From Ranitomeya imitator (lineage: Eukaryota), in contig NC_091282.1 in the NCBI RefSeq assembly GCF_032444005.1, forward strand, positions 767,064,001 to 767,128,000: DNA of 64,000 nt, given 5' to 3'. The translations under genes were made by a program, and so were the position numbers. Below the pieces are notes generated by a model. The model saw nothing but the letters and a program-made list of their open reading frames with translations. It searched no databases and was not told where the DNA came from. Shown here one piece after another: positions 44,997-64,000 of the stretch. Position 1 is the first letter of the stretch; every line of letters begins with the position of its first letter.

Positions 44997-45087
44997 CAGA
45001 AGGCAGAATAAATGTGAGTCTATTTTTTCACCATCCATTGTGGCGCTGTCTTTTTTCCCTGACGTCTGAGCAAATATAGGGTCACAG

Positions 45088-45542
45088 AAAGGTCTTAGTT
45101 ACACTTACCAGCTAATATTTTGGAGCCCATGGCAGCACCACAAGAAAGGAGATCTACCCTTCAGGGACAGGAAACCTACAGACGTAGAAGGGTGGCACAT
45201 CTCCCATGTGTCAGTTGAATTACAGAGCCTGAGAGGACCTGCATGGCTAATGGCACAAATATACAATACATTAATATATAAATACCGTTACCAGTAAGTA
45301 ACCAAGACTTTATTCGGTCTCCCATGATAGCACCACAAGAGAATTAGGAGGTAAGGATATTGTTAAGGGGGGGGGGGGGGGGGGGGGGTATGGGAACGAC
45401 AGCCTGCAGCACAGGTATGTCTGAAGGACATCAGGGACAGGAAACCAACTGTGCGGAAGAGGTGCTGCCATTTAGGGTCTGTAGGTTTCTTGTCCCTGAA
45501 AGGCAGATGCCCTCATGGTGCTTTCATGGGGGACCAAATAAA
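45088..45542 (-). mobile_element. Miniature (455 bp) non-autonomous DIRS derivative
   Basis: Both ITRs (CATG(G/A)CAGCACC...CAGGGACAGGAAACCTAC), an ICR at about 45284-45341 complementary to both ends, and a 7-codon YR C-terminal relic VLQAVVP (45392-45412). Confidence 0.72.
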
Positions 45543-46652
45543 TATATTTTAATCATGACTTTGGGACCATATGGCCTATGGAAAGTAAGGGTTAAAACTT
45601 TCTACAATGCAGCTTCCAGAAATAAGAGCCATCTCCACTTTCTAAATTCTCTAATACCAAAGATCAGACATCGACCTATCAATATTTGGGTCTGAAATAT
45701 GAATGCTCCGTGCACAATTTTTCTTGGCAGCCACTAAACAGAAGCACATCCGATCCGAGGGAGGTTGCATAGGATGGCGACGGGGCAACATGTGGACCGC
45801 AAGCCCTTGGTTGTGCACCCATTGTGCTGGATACACAGCACTGAGGTGACGCGTTTGGCTGCTGGATTAGTAAGCCCCCCCCTCCCTTGCTTGTGGACGA
45901 CTAGCATAAAGGGTTGGTGGCACAGACAAGCAAGGGCCACTTATGCCCACATCCATATCTCATCACGGGGTAGCATTATACCAGTTTGGACTGGAGTTGT
46001 AGGTTTTTTTTGCATTAGATGGCGTGCGTCTTTGGGACCGTTTGGCGGGGGCTCACTTGCACATTTCTATGTATGCACAAAGCAGCGGCTAAAGGTGGTG
46101 CCTCCACAGCTTTTGTACACTATGGTACTGTTAAAGGTTCCCTGACTTATTATCCAGTAAGCCCCATTTGCCAAGAGGTCAAGGAAGAGGGACTGGGTAA
46201 TAATGTTAAGGCAGGGTCTCCCTCACTGGAACCACTCCATCTTTTAGATCGTGGGCACCAGCAGAAAGTGGCAAACCCATTAGAGAACATTCTCCACCAA
46301 CCCCATGTAACAAAAGAGGATGAAGGCTCCATATAAATTCCTTTAATGATGCAACAGTCATCATAACCGTACATTTGGCCATAAAGCAACTACATGAGAT
46401 TCCAACCAGTCGCTAAATAGCCAGGACTGGATCCTGAAGATCCAAGAAGGACCAACCCCTTGGTAGAAAACCAAATCTTGCTCTGCACCAGCCCAGTGCA
46501 ACAACAACCTAATGCAAAGAAAGAGCATATAAAGCATGAAAAAGTCCAGTATGTGTCAGTGAGCCAGGTCAGTGGTCTGCCGAAACCGAAAACCATGGAG
46601 GATTATAAGGATCTGAGGTGAGTGTCAGCTTCACATCTCCAGGCTGCACTCA

Positions 46653-63094
<16,442 letters not shown>

Positions 63095-64000
63095 CTTTGA
63101 AGGAAAAAACAAAAAAAAAAATTATGGAAAAAGTAAGGTCATGCAGTACTATTTTATAACTTTGCACAGGTGACATCTGCACCCTTGTCCAAGTTCATAT
63201 GGCTGCTGTTCAGAACAGAGGTTTAATCAACATTTTGTAGTGAGGTTTAATGCCACCGATGTGATAAAATGGCTTTCTGCAGCCACCACTAGAGGGAGCT
63301 CAGTGCATACAGAAAGCTCCCCTAGTGGTTGCTGCAGGAAGTCAGTATTAAAAAAGCATATCCTTCCTGAACAGAAAATGGTCAATATAAGCCATAGATT
63401 TGTCCCAGCTCCACGTAACATAAATTATACATTTTAGGACTACAATTAGAGAAGACAGACAAAATTATACCTTCCCTCCAATAATGACAGTCCTTGGCAC
63501 AAATTCCTTTGTGGGATTTGCTCTTATTCCTTAAAGAAGAAAAAGAAAGTTATAACTTAAGTAAACAAATACTTTAAGATCTGCAGGAAAAAAAAAAAAA
63601 AAAAAAAAAGTACAGGAGCTATATCACCTGTAAGTCTACGTGCTTAGCTTATACTGTTTTGTGGGTTAACACTCTTTAAAGCCTTCCTGCCCACAGTCTG
63701 AGCAAGTATAGAGACCCCATCTGCCCCACAGAGAAATAATTACTTGCCATATCATTTTACAGCTCCAGAATGGATTTATCACCCGAGATAGATGTGAGCA
63801 ATTACACACATTTGATGAACGCTCTTCTGCACCTCGTACCTGATTTCCCCAGCACCCCCCATAAATCATCTTGTACACAGATCGGGATAATCAGACACCT
63901 AATGAGCCTTCCCCCATAGAGGGGGGCTGGGACAGTGCAGAGGTGACAGTCGACCCATGAAACAGATGTTCCCTCTGCACCTGAAATCCCTCAGATTGTG

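Larger units (their letters stand above)
33379..45065. mobile_element. Fold-back Penelope-like element remnant (inverted pseudo-LTR pair), expanded by nested DIRS and CR1 insertions
   Basis: Direct repeat CTGAGCAAATATAGG at 33364-33378 and 45066-45080. Left arm (33379-33534 + 44339-44351 + 44911-44960) is the reverse complement of the right arm (44963-45067). The Penelope assignment rests on the hammerhead-like core and the inverted-arm architecture; no RT or GIY-YIG ORF remains. Confidence 0.65.

Noticed and set aside
63666-63878. MIYGG-containing ORF as PYGL exon 15 (…RTVIIGGK)
   Set aside because: No homology beyond GG and no matching splice phase; exon 15 must lie outside the window.

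Overview
Repeat-rich vertebrate genomic DNA with three N-gaps. It is most likely an anuran (frog); this is inferred from the TE repertoire of T2-MITEs, DIRS1, CR1, Penelope-like, Helitron and Tc1 elements. Two convergent host genes are present. The first is a complete 13-coding-exon ABHD12B-like alpha/beta-hydrolase on + (18311-32150, 360 aa, all splice phases consistent). The second is the last five coding exons (16-20) of liver glycogen phosphorylase PYGL on - (46653-63094). Almost everything else is nested transposons. These include a decayed chromodomain Ty3/Gypsy element with LTRs, Tc1/mariner copies, Helitrons, piggyBac-, hAT-, Harbinger- and T2-type non-autonomous elements, a CR1 3' end and a 43-bp MITE-derived satellite. 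There are also four DIRS1-type tyrosine-recombinase retroelements: one near-intact, one lightly damaged, one decayed and one 455-bp miniature. The most striking structure lies between the two genes. A small fold-back Penelope-like insertion carrying a hammerhead-ribozyme-like core, bounded by a 15-bp direct repeat (33364-33378 / 45066-45080), has absorbed two head-to-tail DIRS elements and a CR1 and grown to about 11.7 kb. All calls come from reading the sequence by eye; no database searches were run.
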